From Paecilomyces variotii (lineage: Eukaryota): 64,000 nt of DNA. Position 1 is the stretch's first letter; each line of letters opens with the position of its first letter. The notes under the pieces are model-generated. The model was not told where the DNA came from. It was given only the letters and a program-made list of their open reading frames with translations, and ran no database searches. The stretch lies in NCBI GenBank assembly GCA_004022145.1, contig RCNU01000008.1, one strand, 5' to 3'. This document shows positions 12,860 to 25,310 of this stretch, one piece after another. A program made the translations under genes and the position numbers.

Positions 12860-14260
12860 AAAGGTCTCCAAAAAGAAGCTGAATGTCTGTGTGAGCAACG
12901 TCCGATAGGGGTCTTGTTCGGAAGAACTTTGCAGAGCATGCTACAGACAAGTCTAATGGCATAATAGTCATTAGCGACAAAGACGGACAGTCCTTGAAAA
13001 CAAACGCCTGGATTCCTATCGTCTCCCTGAACCAAGCGGAGCTAGTCAAAGGTAGCATTCGCGGCGGTGATAGACATCAACTACCGCCTCTGGTTGCTTC
13101 TTCATTCAGTACAATGTCCTTCAACCAATTTAGCGGACAACTCGGACGATCCTTGTTCGACAGGCTCCTTCAGAGCGGTTTCCCTATCCAAACTCTTAGC
13201 GTTCAACACAAGATGCACCTAAGGCTCGCATTCTTTCCGAGTACGTATACGTACGGCGGAAGGATTGCTTATGATATGACCATTTCATGGAATGAAAACC
13301 GCCGGAAAGCCGTTAAACTGGAAGGGGTGGATATATCGGAAGCCATCTCGTTACTCGAGAACTTGGCGAAGAGAGGCTGAGACGGTCTTTTGACATTTTC
13401 ATATTGTGTTTCCTGCGACGGTCTTGCATACTGCCCTGATTCTAAGATTTATTCTTGTTACATACTTTGCTGACGTTTATTAACCGCGTTCTTGCGAAGT
13501 CGGCCTTCCTGTTACCAGTTGTTTCGTGGCTGGTTCGACGACGACAAGGGACAGCCTGACGAGCTGTCTCCTCCTCCAGCCCCTCCGACTGCCGCTGTGA
13601 TGTCGGAACCAACAACTCCTCGTACGCGGATTACGCCGTTCACCGCCATCAATAGCGGTGGTAGAGGAGCACCTCCCACCTGAGATACGCCGGGATCGGT
13701 TCGTGTCCGGCAACGTGATTCCTCCTGCGCGTGAGGAGGTGCAGGCTAGTCCGTCGCGTCTTCTGATGAATCCGAGGAAGGTAACTTCCTCCTTGTGGAA
13801 TTCGCATTTGCTCAATTTTGCATAAAGGTTATGCTTGCGTAGTCTTTCTAGCACTTCCGATACGTGCTGTACATGTTCTTCTTCATCCATTGAGAAGATC
13901 AGGATGTCGTCCAGGTATACAATGCAGCAGATATCTAACAGGCCCCTCAGTGCCGTGTTGATATAGGCTTGAAATGTAGCCGGAGCACGGAAGTGCATGA
14001 GTTCTTCTGTTTAACACAGGACTCATCGTTCGACTGGCCCCTCGAACCACACGAGCGAAAACCTGTGCCAGATTATTTAAGTGAGACCCTCACCTTATGC
14101 AGTTTTGTTTATGTGCTAAAAATTTGTAGGATCCATCTTACGAGACTACAACCTTTGCACAGCGCTCAGTATATGAAATCTCTGATCAATTTCGCGGCAA
14201 AGAAAGGTGTTGCGTGGCGTAATATGGTGAAGCTTGCAACAGTTGATTCGATGCAAGGCA
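12860..14260 (+). pseudogene. DNA2/NAM7 helicase remnant, copy 3, interrupted by an insertion
   Basis: AWIPIVSL...GGDRHQLPP, SLFDRL, QHKMHLRLAFFPSTYTYGG; after the ~13.4-14.0 kb insertion, VKLATVDSMQG. Confidence 0.75.
13765..13986 (-). mobile_element. Ty3/Gypsy reverse transcriptase fragment (~220 bp)
   Basis: APATFQAYINTAL...CIVYLDDILIFS...HV..VLERL...LYAKLSKCEF...VTFLGFI; no LTRs seen. Confidence 0.92.
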
Positions 14261-17101
14261 CTTGTGCATACGACAAACGGCTAATGAGAAGTTGTTCTTG
14301 CAAGTATACTAGGCGCATATATTCTAGTAGCAGACAAAGGTCTGTGGTTGGCATGTTCCTACAGAAACCCAAAGACAGTCTTTGGCTGGAGAGGGGCGTG
14401 ACTTGCTCTTCCCTTTTGGAAAGCCAAAGGCTTGCACACATAATAAAGAATGCACGCAAACTTGTCGCGCAGATGCGCAAGAAGCGACTGGCGAAGATGT
14501 GGATCTCAAAGGCCAGTAAGGTCGAACACACGCTGCGTAAAGCAAAGATTGAGGCTATGCAGAGTGCAGGAGATAAGACCACTGAAACCACGCAAAATGA
14601 CGCCCCTATACCCCCTATGGAAGGCTTCTCAGAAGGACATTGGAGACCATTCTGCCTTGCAATACCTCCTCCGCAGATCACCAAAGCTGCGTGCAAGAAA
14701 AGAAAAGCCCACGGACTTTCGATAGTGGCAATGTGAACGCATTTCTCTCATCTTCGAGCTCAAAAGTCTCATCCGAAGAAGAGGCTTGCAAATCCCAAGC
14801 CCCAGCGGATCATTCCTCCTCACAGAATCAAACGAAATGTTAATCGAAAGAGACTACGAAATGCCGGGGAGGATTTCAAAGAAATCAGTATGCATGGAAC
14901 TTGAGTCAAGCACGCAAGGGACGCTCTCAAGAAGCTTGAACCTGGTAGTGTTCGTGGCAGTGAACTCGATGAAACCAAGAAGAAATTCGCTGTGGCTTTT
15001 GTTGATCGGTACAACTTGATGACTACTTAGCTTAGGGTGCCCTGTCAAAAAGAAGCCGACCCAAGAGCAATTCGACCTAGCAGCATCGGTCAAAATAAGA
15101 AATACAACCGCCTCTACTCTTGAAATAGTTACTCCCTGGACTATAGCTGCCAAGATAGCGAAGAAGAAAAACTCGCGCACACAGACAATCTTGGGAAGTT
15201 CTCTTGTGAAGAATGACTCTCCTTCGAGGAAACGAAGCTTTGAGGATATCAATTAGCAAAAGGTATAGTCTACTTTGTCCAGTATACTTATCCCATTGTA
15301 GCCTTGCTAATCAGATATTGCAGTATTACATACTACAATACGGATTCTGAATTACGAGTCAGCTCAGCTATTTCATTCCTTTACCAACACCCTCCCACAG
15401 TTTCCGCGCGCCACCCCCATTTGCGAACCACTGACAAAAGATGTTATACGCTATGGGAGTGGAACAGTAATGGCGACACTATGTGGACTTTTTAATACCT
15501 GTATTTTATCGCTTTTATACTACGGAAAGGTCGGTTCAAATCTACATATCTATTATATGCAATGCTACTGCACATTGATATTGCATGTACATGTATCTTA
15601 ATTCTAGTCAACCGCGTCTATGAATGCAGTTATCATAACATCCCAGAAGAGGACAAGGTGTAAAATGCCGTCTGTGTAGAACTACTACTCCGTCTCCATT
15701 GTATTTTGTATGATCCCGCTCAATATACTCATTAGCAGTCTGTACAGTCCACCTCTGAACCTGATCCTCGGTTTCCTCATTGCCAATTTGCACATTCTGT
15801 CTATTCTCTCTGCGCTCACTACACTTGATACAATCAGGCGTTTATCAATCAAGACTTTCTGGGACTAACGTCATGATAATTATGAATAATTCTGCTAGGT
15901 TCGAGAAACCCAGATTGGCGCGGCGAAAGCAGCGTTTCGACGGCGGAAGGCGAGAGACAGAAGCCCGCATAATTAGGAGAATTACTGCTTATCAGTAGAG
16001 ATCTCCGGGGATATGGTTTCTGTATCCTCTATGCCACTTGAACAGCCTCTCTTCCCTCCCCTTTTGTTTGGTTCGCTGTTTGGTCCGTGGTCGCGGAGTA
16101 TGTGGCGTCCTCTGCGATCGATTATTACTTCGTCGAGTTTTTCGGCCGTCTTTTTTGCTGCCTCGAAGCTCATCGCCACGCTGACTCCGTTGCCGTTTCT
16201 GGCGCTTCACCTGAGTGCAGATTGTCCGAACTGTTCTTCAACGCATCGATGAATTGCCAAAGCCTCTGCGCGGATGAACCTGCAGAATCCGCATCGGGGT
16301 TTGGTGGTGCCATCTTCGATCTTTCCCAGAAGGATGTTGCAATAATGAACCAGGTCACTTCACTGGCCCACCGCTGAGAGGGGAAAGCCTTTGATCTTCA
16401 AGGTTATCGAGTATCCGGTTCGCGAACGGATGGCACACAACATATAATGATAGGCAGGCCGGTAGGTGACAAGGCGATATGATCATAGTCGACCACCGGC
16501 TAATCGAAGAGTGCCGCTGGCTGAAGATTTCCCGCTCCGATCAGCGATGTCGCGGTAGCAACCTCTTGTCAGGGATATAGCAACTTAGGGTACTTCGTAC
16601 TAGTCAAAATGTACTTTCAGTGCCTCCCTGCTATTATTTAGACACCACCTGGGCAAGTCAGCCAGACGTACGGAATGAAACGGGACTTGTTCCTGTTAGA
16701 GAGACTAAGCCCTCGAGTTCGGGGACCGTGTCAGATAAGGTCTCCCTCCATGATATCCGGCTTTTTGTTGCCCAAGAATACTTTCTGCGTGCTGTGGAGT
16801 CCTTTTTCTGGGTCAAAGTGTCTCAGTCAACTATGTCCTCAGAAGACTATCTCTTCTAAGAGATGACTTGTACAATGTACGCACGAGTCAGTCTGTGACA
16901 GTGCTGAGAAGACGTAACTCCGATTGCGCCTGAACTCGTCAGAAAAAATCATAAGGCAATGACCATTTTAGTCGTTGGTTTTGTATTCTGGCGTCGCTTG
17001 CTTACCTCGTTTGAATCCCGAGCTTAGGATGATCTCCTCAAGGTTTGCGTAGTCACTAAGTCTGTTGAATACCGGTTGATATTATTGCGCCTTATCCCCA
17101 A

Positions 17102-18742
17102 CTATGCCTGAGGCAAATGGAAAGGATCACTCAGAACGAAATAGTCCAGCAAGGAGTCATTTGTAATGCCAAAATCCCCGGCGATATTTCCTGGCAGAGT
17201 GAAATTGTTTTCATCAAGGGAGTAGTGGCTTTCCATTGACGCATCTTGGACTATCGCGGGGTTTATTCCATGTCCTTCCAGTACGTTGTCAAGGAGACTT
17301 AGTTCTCTTGTCTTCCTCTGCCGCTGCAGATTGACGAGCATACTCGCTATTCCGTAAGATTCCTTCACAGCTCCAGTTGCGTACTTTTCGGCCACTGTCT
17401 TGAGTGTTTCCAACGCGTCTGTAAGGTGCAGGAGTGATTGTCGATTATCGATGGCTAGGAAAATGCAAACCATCTGAAATGGGATATTGACAATATGGCA
17501 CCACGGGGACATGATTTCAATCAGTTCGCGGACTGAATCTAGCCCCTTAGTCGAGAGCTCGAGAATAAGACTAAGAGAACGATCCGACAAACTACGGCCG
17601 AGAGCACGCACACGACGATATATACATAGTGCGATATTGCATTGGATCAACCTTTGCATGGGGTGCGCCGGGTTCAGGTAACAGAGATGAGAAAGTTCCA
17701 TCTCCAGTTCATCAAAAGTTCGTGGGACGTTTGGCTTGAGGAGTTCAGTCAAACGACAGAGCTCCTGCTGTTCTTTTGTCCAGCTGGTCTCAGGCATGAG
17801 AGTCGATGCGCCTCTTAATTCCACTTGTGATCTACTGCAATCGAGCGAAACCCATGTGTTGAACAACTGTGCGACCGAATAAATTCTCCGCCGTTGTTCA
17901 GGCTGAAGATAATCACTTAATTGGGTGGGATTCGAATCAATTGAGGATTCAAAATGTAGTTTGGTCGCTTCTATCATATGCATCAGGTTACAGGTCGCCA
18001 TCCAAGTCGCCTGTTGGGAACCCGCCATTCGAAGGTAAATTGCGCGCAACAGCCAGCCGAGCACATGGTCAATATGTGGAGTGACTGTCTGAAGAGATCG
18101 CTCGAGGATAATACGCGCAATTTGGAGTAATTGTTCTTGTTGATCGCCAGCTCTTTTGCCAAAAAGACAACCGAGGGCTGCGATGCCACATATCAGACCA
18201 TCGACAGGTCCGTATGAGTTTGGAACTGACCACCTCTTGCTAACAGCACTCCGCACGTACTCGCGATCTAGAAAGTCATAGACTGGGGCGACCTCTGCAA
18301 AGTAGATCGCTGTTAATTCATACATCTGGTCCCGACTCAGGATCTCTGTGAGTTGCAGGCTTCGCGTCAGGTACGTGTTCTCCCGGGGAAACCCCAGATT
18401 CCACGCATAGTAATTGAACACGGGAGACGCAGCTGGGTCAATTTTTAGCCCTAAATTCTTCAAGAACACGGCAGGCGAATTGTCCTCGATCAACTGTAGC
18501 TCCGAAGCTGTTGTTGATTCAATGTTCTCTTCGACACGGGTGCCGGTCGTATTCATCTCTAAAGCCGGTCGTCGGACATGGCCTCTTCCTATCCTTCTCC
18601 TTCGTCGTTGCTCATAAGTGCACTCATGCCCATTCTTAATACAATACATACAGGGAACTTCGCCATCGCATTTGCGTTTGCGTTCCCTGCAAGAATTGCA
18701 GGCGCGCTTGGACCGCTTGGTACCGGTTAGATTGGCGGGCAT
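17102..18742 (-). CDS. Zn(II)2Cys6 transcription factor
   Basis: CNSCRERKRKCDGEVPCMYCIKNGHEC zinc cluster plus fungal TF middle region; single 546-aa ORF. Confidence 0.93.
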   Translation of the reverse strand: MPANLTGTKRSKRACNSCRERKRKCDGEVPCMYCIKNGHECTYEQRRRRRIGRGHVRRPALEMNTTGTRVEENIESTTASELQLIEDNSPAVFLKNLGLKIDPAASPVFNYYAWNLGFPRENTYLTRSLQLTEILSRDQMYELTAIYFAEVAPVYDFLDREYVRSAVSKRWSVPNSYGPVDGLICGIAALGCLFGKRAGDQQEQLLQIARIILERSLQTVTPHIDHVLGWLLRAIYLRMAGSQQATWMATCNLMHMIEATKLHFESSIDSNPTQLSDYLQPEQRRRIYSVAQLFNTWVSLDCSRSQVELRGASTLMPETSWTKEQQELCRLTELLKPNVPRTFDELEMELSHLCYLNPAHPMQRLIQCNIALCIYRRVRALGRSLSDRSLSLILELSTKGLDSVRELIEIMSPWCHIVNIPFQMVCIFLAIDNRQSLLHLTDALETLKTVAEKYATGAVKESYGIASMLVNLQRQRKTRELSLLDNVLEGHGINPAIVQDASMESHYSLDENNFTLPGNIAGDFGITNDSLLDYFVLSDPFHLPQA

Positions 18743-19107
18743 CCCCCTTGTCTTAGGAGAATAGCTTATTCAAACTGTCCAATCTCTGAACGCGCCTTGA
18801 AGATCGGTTAGCAGACCGAGACGGCGTCTTGAAGTCTCTTATTTTTATTCCGGGGGCGAGATTGATAGCCTTTACCACGTTGTCGGGTCCAGTGGGAGCT
18901 GCTGCTAAGCAGCCACTCGCAGCCACTGATTGATTATATTGCGGATCGGATAGGGACGGGGAGTTTTGGTTCAAGCACCGCAGAGATCATGTCACTTGGT
19001 GACCTTCAGGTGAGAACCGAACCGCTGGCAATCGGCCGAGATATTGTTCACCGACAGTGCTGGAGATGTTGCGAGACAGTTATTCGAGATGACTCCATGC
19101 GGCAAAA

Positions 19108-19137
19108 CGGAAGTTCGTGCGGTCCGCACAAGTTCCG
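19108..19137. promoter_or_regulatory. Imperfect CGG-rich palindrome in the divergent TF/MFS promoter; candidate Zn2Cys6 site
   Basis: CGGAAgttcGTGCGGtCCGCACaagTTCCG, with nested inverted CGG/CCG triplets. Confidence 0.45.
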
Positions 19138-19298
19138 CAATCATCCTAAGTATCAATTGATAAGACCAAAAATGAGTTGGGCAGGCATTATTATGTATGA
19201 TATCTTTTCTCCCCATTTCAGGGATCGATTGACGATACTGAAAAATAATCATATTTTTATTATCATAATACCCACTGTTCTCGTGTTCAGATCCCATA

Positions 19299-20980
19299 AT
19301 GAGCAGTCCAACCTCTCTATCAGATGACCATGCAGTCTCACTATCTTCACTGGCAATGATAGAGAAACAGGCTGAGTGCCCAGATGACTCTCATGGAGGC
19401 GCAAGCTGCATCCCTATTGTCTATAAAAAACTAACCTTCCGGACAGAGGTGCCAATTGCCTCTCCTCAGATCCCAGATCATCTGAGACCACCGGATCTCA
19501 AAAGACTGGTATCGCCACACGACTGGTCTCCATGTCGAAAAGCCTTCATCACGGGAATTTCATGCTCGACAACCATATTCTCTGGGTTTGGCGCCAGTTC
19601 ACTGGGTCCGGCAGAGACTCAGATGGCGGCCGAGTGGCACGTCAGCGTGGTAGCGCTCGCTGTTGGAATTATGCTGTACTGTTTCGGATTCGCAATTGCC
19701 CCTATGGTCTTAGCACCGTTCTCTGAGATCAATGGAAGAAGACCGGTATTCATAGCTACATCAGTCTTATTTCTCGCATGTCAGCTCGGCAACTCCTTTA
19801 CGCATTCTTATGTCGGGTTCGAGAACCCCCCCTGTTTGCGTTTCCTTAACAGAATGCTAATTAGTTGGGTATTTACAGAATGCTTCTTGCGCGTTTCTTC
19901 GGTGGCATTGGTGGCTCGGCATTTTCCTCAATGGTAGGCGGCATCATTGCGGATATCTACCATGCACAGAACAGGAACACGCCCATGGTGATATTTTCAG
20001 GTGCAACCCTTTTTGGAATGGGATTAGGGCCAATTATCTGCGGGCTGATTGCAAGCAATACGACGTGGCGCTGGATATTCTGGCTACAGACCATCGCTGC
20101 AGGAATCATCTGCGTCGTCCTTGTCCTATTCCTCGGGGAGACGCGAGAAAACGTGGTTCTGCGAAAGAAAGCAAAGATCCTGAATAAATGGTACGAAGAC
20201 CTCGAGAAAGAAGGTTTCTACAACTTCGAAAACGACACATACACCCCGATACGCCTCCGTTGGAAAATAGCAGCAGACGAGGAGCGCACGGATCTACTCA
20301 CCATGCTGCGAATCTCTGTCATTCGGCCCTTCCAGCTTCTTTTCACCGAACCGGTCGTGTTCTTTTTCTCCTTATGGGCCGCTTTCTGCTGGGGTGTTTT
20401 ATACCTCAACATAGCTGTGATCCCCTATGTCTTTGAGCAAATGTATCATTTCTCACTCGTCGACTCAGAAGCCACTTTCACTGCCGTGTGCGTAGCAGCT
20501 ATTCTAGGAACCTTCCTATCGATCTTCCAGGAGAATCTAGCGTTGCGACGCAAAGGATGGAACTCCGTCCCTGAACACCGGCTTTACTTTAGCTGTATAG
20601 AAAGCACACTACTTCCTATCGGTCTATTCATGTTTGGCTGGACGGCAGAATACCACGTCCATTGGATCGTTCCAGCAATAGCAGCAGCCATCTCCACGCT
20701 GGGGATCTTCTCCATTTACCTTGCTGTCTTCAATTACCTCGCTGACGTCTACCACCGATACGCGAGCTCTGCCCTCGCGGCGCAGAGCTTCTGCCGCAAT
20801 ATTCTCGGCGGGGTCCTCCCACTTGTTTCGATTCAGATGTTCAGGAACCTGAAATATGGACCTGCGTCGAGTCTTCTGGGCGGAATTGGGGTCCTCTTGA
20901 CCGCCGTCCCGTGGATTCTGGTGCTTTATGGACCGCGTATTCGCGCGAAAAGCAAATTGGCGAGCGAGATCATGCTGTAA
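19299..20980 (+). CDS. MFS drug:H+ antiporter (DHA1-like), one intron ~19817-19878
   Basis: LAPFSEINGRRPVF, LARFFGGIGGS, WRWIFW, PEHRL, YLADVYHRYASSALAA; many hydrophobic helices. Confidence 0.92.
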
Positions 20981-21865
20981 CACTGCTTACCATATTATTA
21001 CTTAGATATTACTTAGATATTACCTAGACTATAGACTATAGACTGCTTCTTCATTGGGTTCTCACTAGGTACATAACATAGACTATCATCGATTTACTAT
21101 ACAATGTACGCAGATCTTTGATGCTTCGTGGAAAACAAGGAAGGGAACGTGATACGCTTGAATAATTGCATTACATGTTTAACAGATATTAAAGAGTATT
21201 TGGCACTTCATATACGTACAGAAAAGAAATACAATCACATGGATATGAGATAGTAGTTACGGTCAGCATAGCTGCACGTGCTCACCAATCTATGGCCAAT
21301 GTTTACATGAAAGATCGCGATACAATATTGGACCTCTTATGGACGCGTCGCGTAGACATCTCGCACAACTCGAACCTTTACGCAGATTCCCGTTTTCTTC
21401 TCCACATCCCTCAACAAGCAAGAGATGAGTGATGAAAAAAAGGGTATTGAAGTGCGTATACACAGCTATGTGTATACTGAAAAGGTTCCAAAGATTAGTA
21501 TAATCAATCAATCATCAGGTCGGCGCACGGCGGCAGTGTATAAAAACGAAGGATAGGTCGATCAGGAAATGTATACAGAACAAGTATCGAGGCGTGAGAC
21601 TGGGCTCTCGCTCTCGATACTTGCTGTATCGTGCCCTTCACGTCCTCCCGTTCCTGCCGCCGCGGAGTGCCATCCTGATGATTGATTGATTGATTGTTTG
21701 TTTGTTTGTTTCCTTGAGGTGTCGAAACATCTCGCACGAGTTCCCCTACAGAGCCCAGCAACTTCGTAACCGGGTCCATGTTGAAATGGTCCTCAAGTGG
21801 TGTCTCCGTTGCGCTGCCCTTCCCCGTCCCTACCGAAGTAGGGCCCAGTTGCCTAGACGTTTCCG

Positions 21866-21924
21866 AATAGGACTTGCCTTGCCTATCGAAATAGGACTTG
21901 CCTTGCCTACCGAAGCAGGACTTT
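21866..21924. repeat. 24-bp tandem repeat, ~2.5 copies
   Basis: aataggacttgccttgcctatcga / aataggacttgccttgcctaccga / agcaggacttt. Confidence 0.8.
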
Positions 21925-22987
21925 GTTTGAGAATAGAGAGTTGTGAAGAAGAAAAGAAGAAACGGTTCCAGGGGGGGGAGGAGGAGGGGGTATTTATACC
22001 ATTGCAGCTGGGGGAAGATCGGCGCTAGTAGCAAGCGAGGTCTCGAAAGTTTGTCTGGTTTGTGAGATTGTTTGTTTGGATGAGCGAGGTTATTTTAATA
22101 ATAGGAGGGGGTTGGGATGTGTTATTCGATGTTAAAGCGGTTGCGTGGTGGAGGGTGGTTGTGATATAGCTATAGTGGTGCACTACCCGTCACAAAATGG
22201 GGCTAGGTGCTATCAAGGAACATCAAACTCTCAGGAAATGTAATGCGGGAAGGTCATACCGGTGTTTCTTGGCATAGATAGTATCTATACGGGAGCTGGT
22301 ATTGGGTTACTACGTTGATTGTTGGCGATTGTGGTCAAGACTATACCTACGTTATTGATATTCGTAGATGCTCTGCTACGGGTATAGAAAGTTTTCGACG
22401 GCGCGGTAATTCCTAAATGAAATTCCATAAACATGCGTGAATGTAAGTCCATCAGTGGGAGAATTAGTATAAAATGGACTTGACTGTAGCTATAAATCTC
22501 TGGTTAGGAGGTATATAGCGTTCTTTCTATAGCCTCAGACTCGGAATTGTATTTAGTAAATTTTATACACGAAACTTCTATTTAAGAATCGGAAATGAAA
22601 TAAACAGATATGCAACTTTATTATCTAATTGTAACTAGATCTATTCTTCTAAGAGGGGAGTAGCAACTATCTATCTGACCTGTCCTAAGGTCAATAAAAC
22701 CTATACAAGATATCTTCTACCTGGAATCATCTATTTGTATTCTGGGACTGTCTGGTCCATAATTAACCGTGTATCATTTGTAGAGCTGGTGATAGTACTT
22801 TCGTAAAAACCACTTGTGAATAATTTCGTATCAGATATTATAGCGCTATTGAACAATTGCGCCGCCTGCATTTGCATGTGTCAAGTAAACAAGTAAAATT
22901 GCATAACCCATATCCTATCCAGTAGCCTCCCATTCACAGATATAACCTCTCTTGCCGTTATAAAAGGTATATGACCTCCTAAACGCG

Positions 22988-24032
22988 TTATGCCGGAGAA
23001 AGGCCCATCAGTCCTAATGCGATCCTGGCCTCTTCACGCAGCAAGTCAATAGAAAAGACAAGCTGGTCATTTGAGTTTCTGCCTTGAAGAACTTCTCCGC
23101 CAAAAACTTCTTTTCTCGATAGGATGAGTTGTTCCGACGCAGCTTGGATCGGGGGAGGAGCTGGGAAAATAACGATGTCTTGCTGTAGACGGGGCATGTT
23201 GTTCCTGTCTAATGTGTAAAGAAGGACATTTCCTCGAACTGTATCCGTATTTCTGACTCGCCGCCAGTTGAGTATGATCGTTGCTTTCACTTGCCCCTGA
23301 CCACCCACGAGCCAGAGGTTCATATCTTCCTCGAGTCTGGGGAAAGACTCGCTCCATCCAGATTCGACCACAAGAGACGGTAATCTCCGACCGTCTACTC
23401 TTAAAAGCAAATCTGGTTCCTTTCTAGAGCGCGCATACGGCCCGTGAATAAATGGGATCGCTGATTACATTGTTAGAACGGTCAATCATATAGTTAATAG
23501 GATTAATAGGATTTAGACTTACTCGTTCCAACCATAACACGCAAGTACTCATATTCATGAGCAGTGATTTGCCCGGTACGATACCAACGGAACTTCTGGG
23601 CATTGATCCAGTTCTGATGACAATCATGGAGCTCTGTGGGCATGATTCGAATCCAGATAGTAGAAGTAATGACGTTGTAGTTTTTCCTGTAAGATAAGAA
23701 AAGAAAAGAGATATAAAATGGTTAGTCTTATAAATTATCAAACAGAGGGGAAATGTCAGAAGTATTCTTTACCTGAAAGTGCCCTCAAACCTGTCGTCGA
23801 GCTGATCTAATATGGTCTGCGCCCAAGCTGGCAGAATGTGTTTGTAGATGAGTTCTTCGTGGGATGTAACAGTAGAGAGAATTCTCAAAGCGTGTTTGTA
23901 GAGATCTTCTGGAGAGGAGAACATTGACGAAGAAAATATGAGCTCTGGAGTGCCAGTCTCTGCGCCTGCCACCTGAGCGTCTGCCACCTGAGCGTCTGCC
24001 GCCTGAGCAGCTGGTACCTTAGACTTCGCCAT
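22988..24032 (-). CDS. Fungal hypothetical protein with PD-(D/E)xK restriction-endonuclease-like motif, 3 exons
   Basis: KEPDLLL...PSLVVESGWSESFPRLEEDMNLWL; introns ~23772-23688 and ~23522-23424; N-terminal 15-bp coding repeat (AQVAD-like, x3). Confidence 0.7.
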
Positions 24033-25310
24033 TTTGACAGAGTCCTGTTCAGATAAGTTGACTTGGAGCAGAATATTGTGCACCTATAGACACTGCTTGA
24101 ATAGAAAGGAAGATTTTAACAGGTCAGGGAAGACTTAGGGAATCTTCAGGTAAAGTAAATGTGAAGCGCAGGAATGAAGTTGAGGTCAAGTTGAGACAGA
24201 ACTGAAGAAGTAAGGGCTTGCCGTTAAGTTTCCTGGTTAGGATTAGGTACTTAGGTTACACCGCTTTGTATAGGGTTCAGAATCGTTGAAGCCTAATAGT
24301 GCATAGCATGCGTAACTTTGATGTTGTAGAGAAACATTGCATCATATGCTAAGGCATCTCTAGCAGCGGAAGCATACCTAGTTTAAGTAGATGAGTGTTT
24401 GGCTTTCCGCAGGTAGAATACCTACCTAAAGTATTGTGAATTACTTACTATCTTGCGTTGTATCATTTCTACCAAGTGATGTAATGTCCAAACTCAGAAA
24501 GGCTCTCTATTAGTTATTGGATATACAGCGCTACGTATCATTCCTTCTAAGGAACTCGTATGGTAGTCTAGTATGATTTATTTCTCTGTCCAGCCACTCC
24601 CCGCCACAATGTACATACATACAGTACGTACTGTAACGAAAGGGACGCCATCCCAGACTAACCAACATTGAGTTAGTGAGGAACTGCCCCAAGCTAGAGA
24701 GTCTTGATTTGATTGCGATTTATTATGTATCCTTTTCTTCTCTTTTTGATTCTTTCTTCACTCTGATCTGCGATGGACGGATACTGATATTATTTCCATC
24801 CAGCTAATCTAGCTACTACATATGCCAGGTCATACCTCTTCGAACCCTCGAAACAGACAGACAAATTGGGCAAGCGGACCGCGTCTTGATAAAGAACTTT
24901 TGCGCGTTGATTCTCCGCAAGGCCAGACAGACACCATTCACCTCACTGCAAGGTCACAGCGGTGTCGCTCTTTTCAAAATTTGGATCTGAACCGAAAATT
25001 ATTTTCTCATCTGCAAGGGAGATACGATTCCTCCTTTTCTGTTACCAGCGCCCGAACGAAACGTCCGCAGTCCGTTATCGAAAGCTACACCTCCTGCGGA
25101 ACAGTCTTGTCTCTCGTCATGGTTCGTCCTTGGCTGAGCAGCAGTCTGTAAGCACCAAGGTTGATCTTGTGGTGAGCGGGATCCGATCCTGCTAGGAAAT
25201 ATACGTTTGGTTGAGCACGAAAGAGCTCAGGACAGGTCAGGGAAAGACGGTCGCGTGCGTGAATACGTCAAACCCGGCGGGCGACGCAGCAGCAGACATT
25301 TACCGCGAAA

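Noticed and set aside
15982-16358. Overlapping short minus-strand ORFs suggesting a small frameshifted gene
   Set aside because: No homology cue; cannot be distinguished from chance ORFs
20995-21045. Short repeats ttacttagata and tagacta after the MFS stop codon
   Set aside because: Ordinary slippage microrepeats with no spacer structure, so not CRISPR-like
24223-24239. GTTAAGTTTCCTGGTTA upstream of the nuclease-like gene matches 48463-48479 in promoter module A at 16/17 positions
   Set aside because: A rough estimate says several such 17-mer near-matches are expected by chance in a 64-kb self-comparison, and no flanking homology is visible
1-24300. Possible Starship or other giant transposon
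   Set aside because: No tyrosine-recombinase captain, typical auxiliary genes or boundaries are visible in the window; not excluded beyond the left edge
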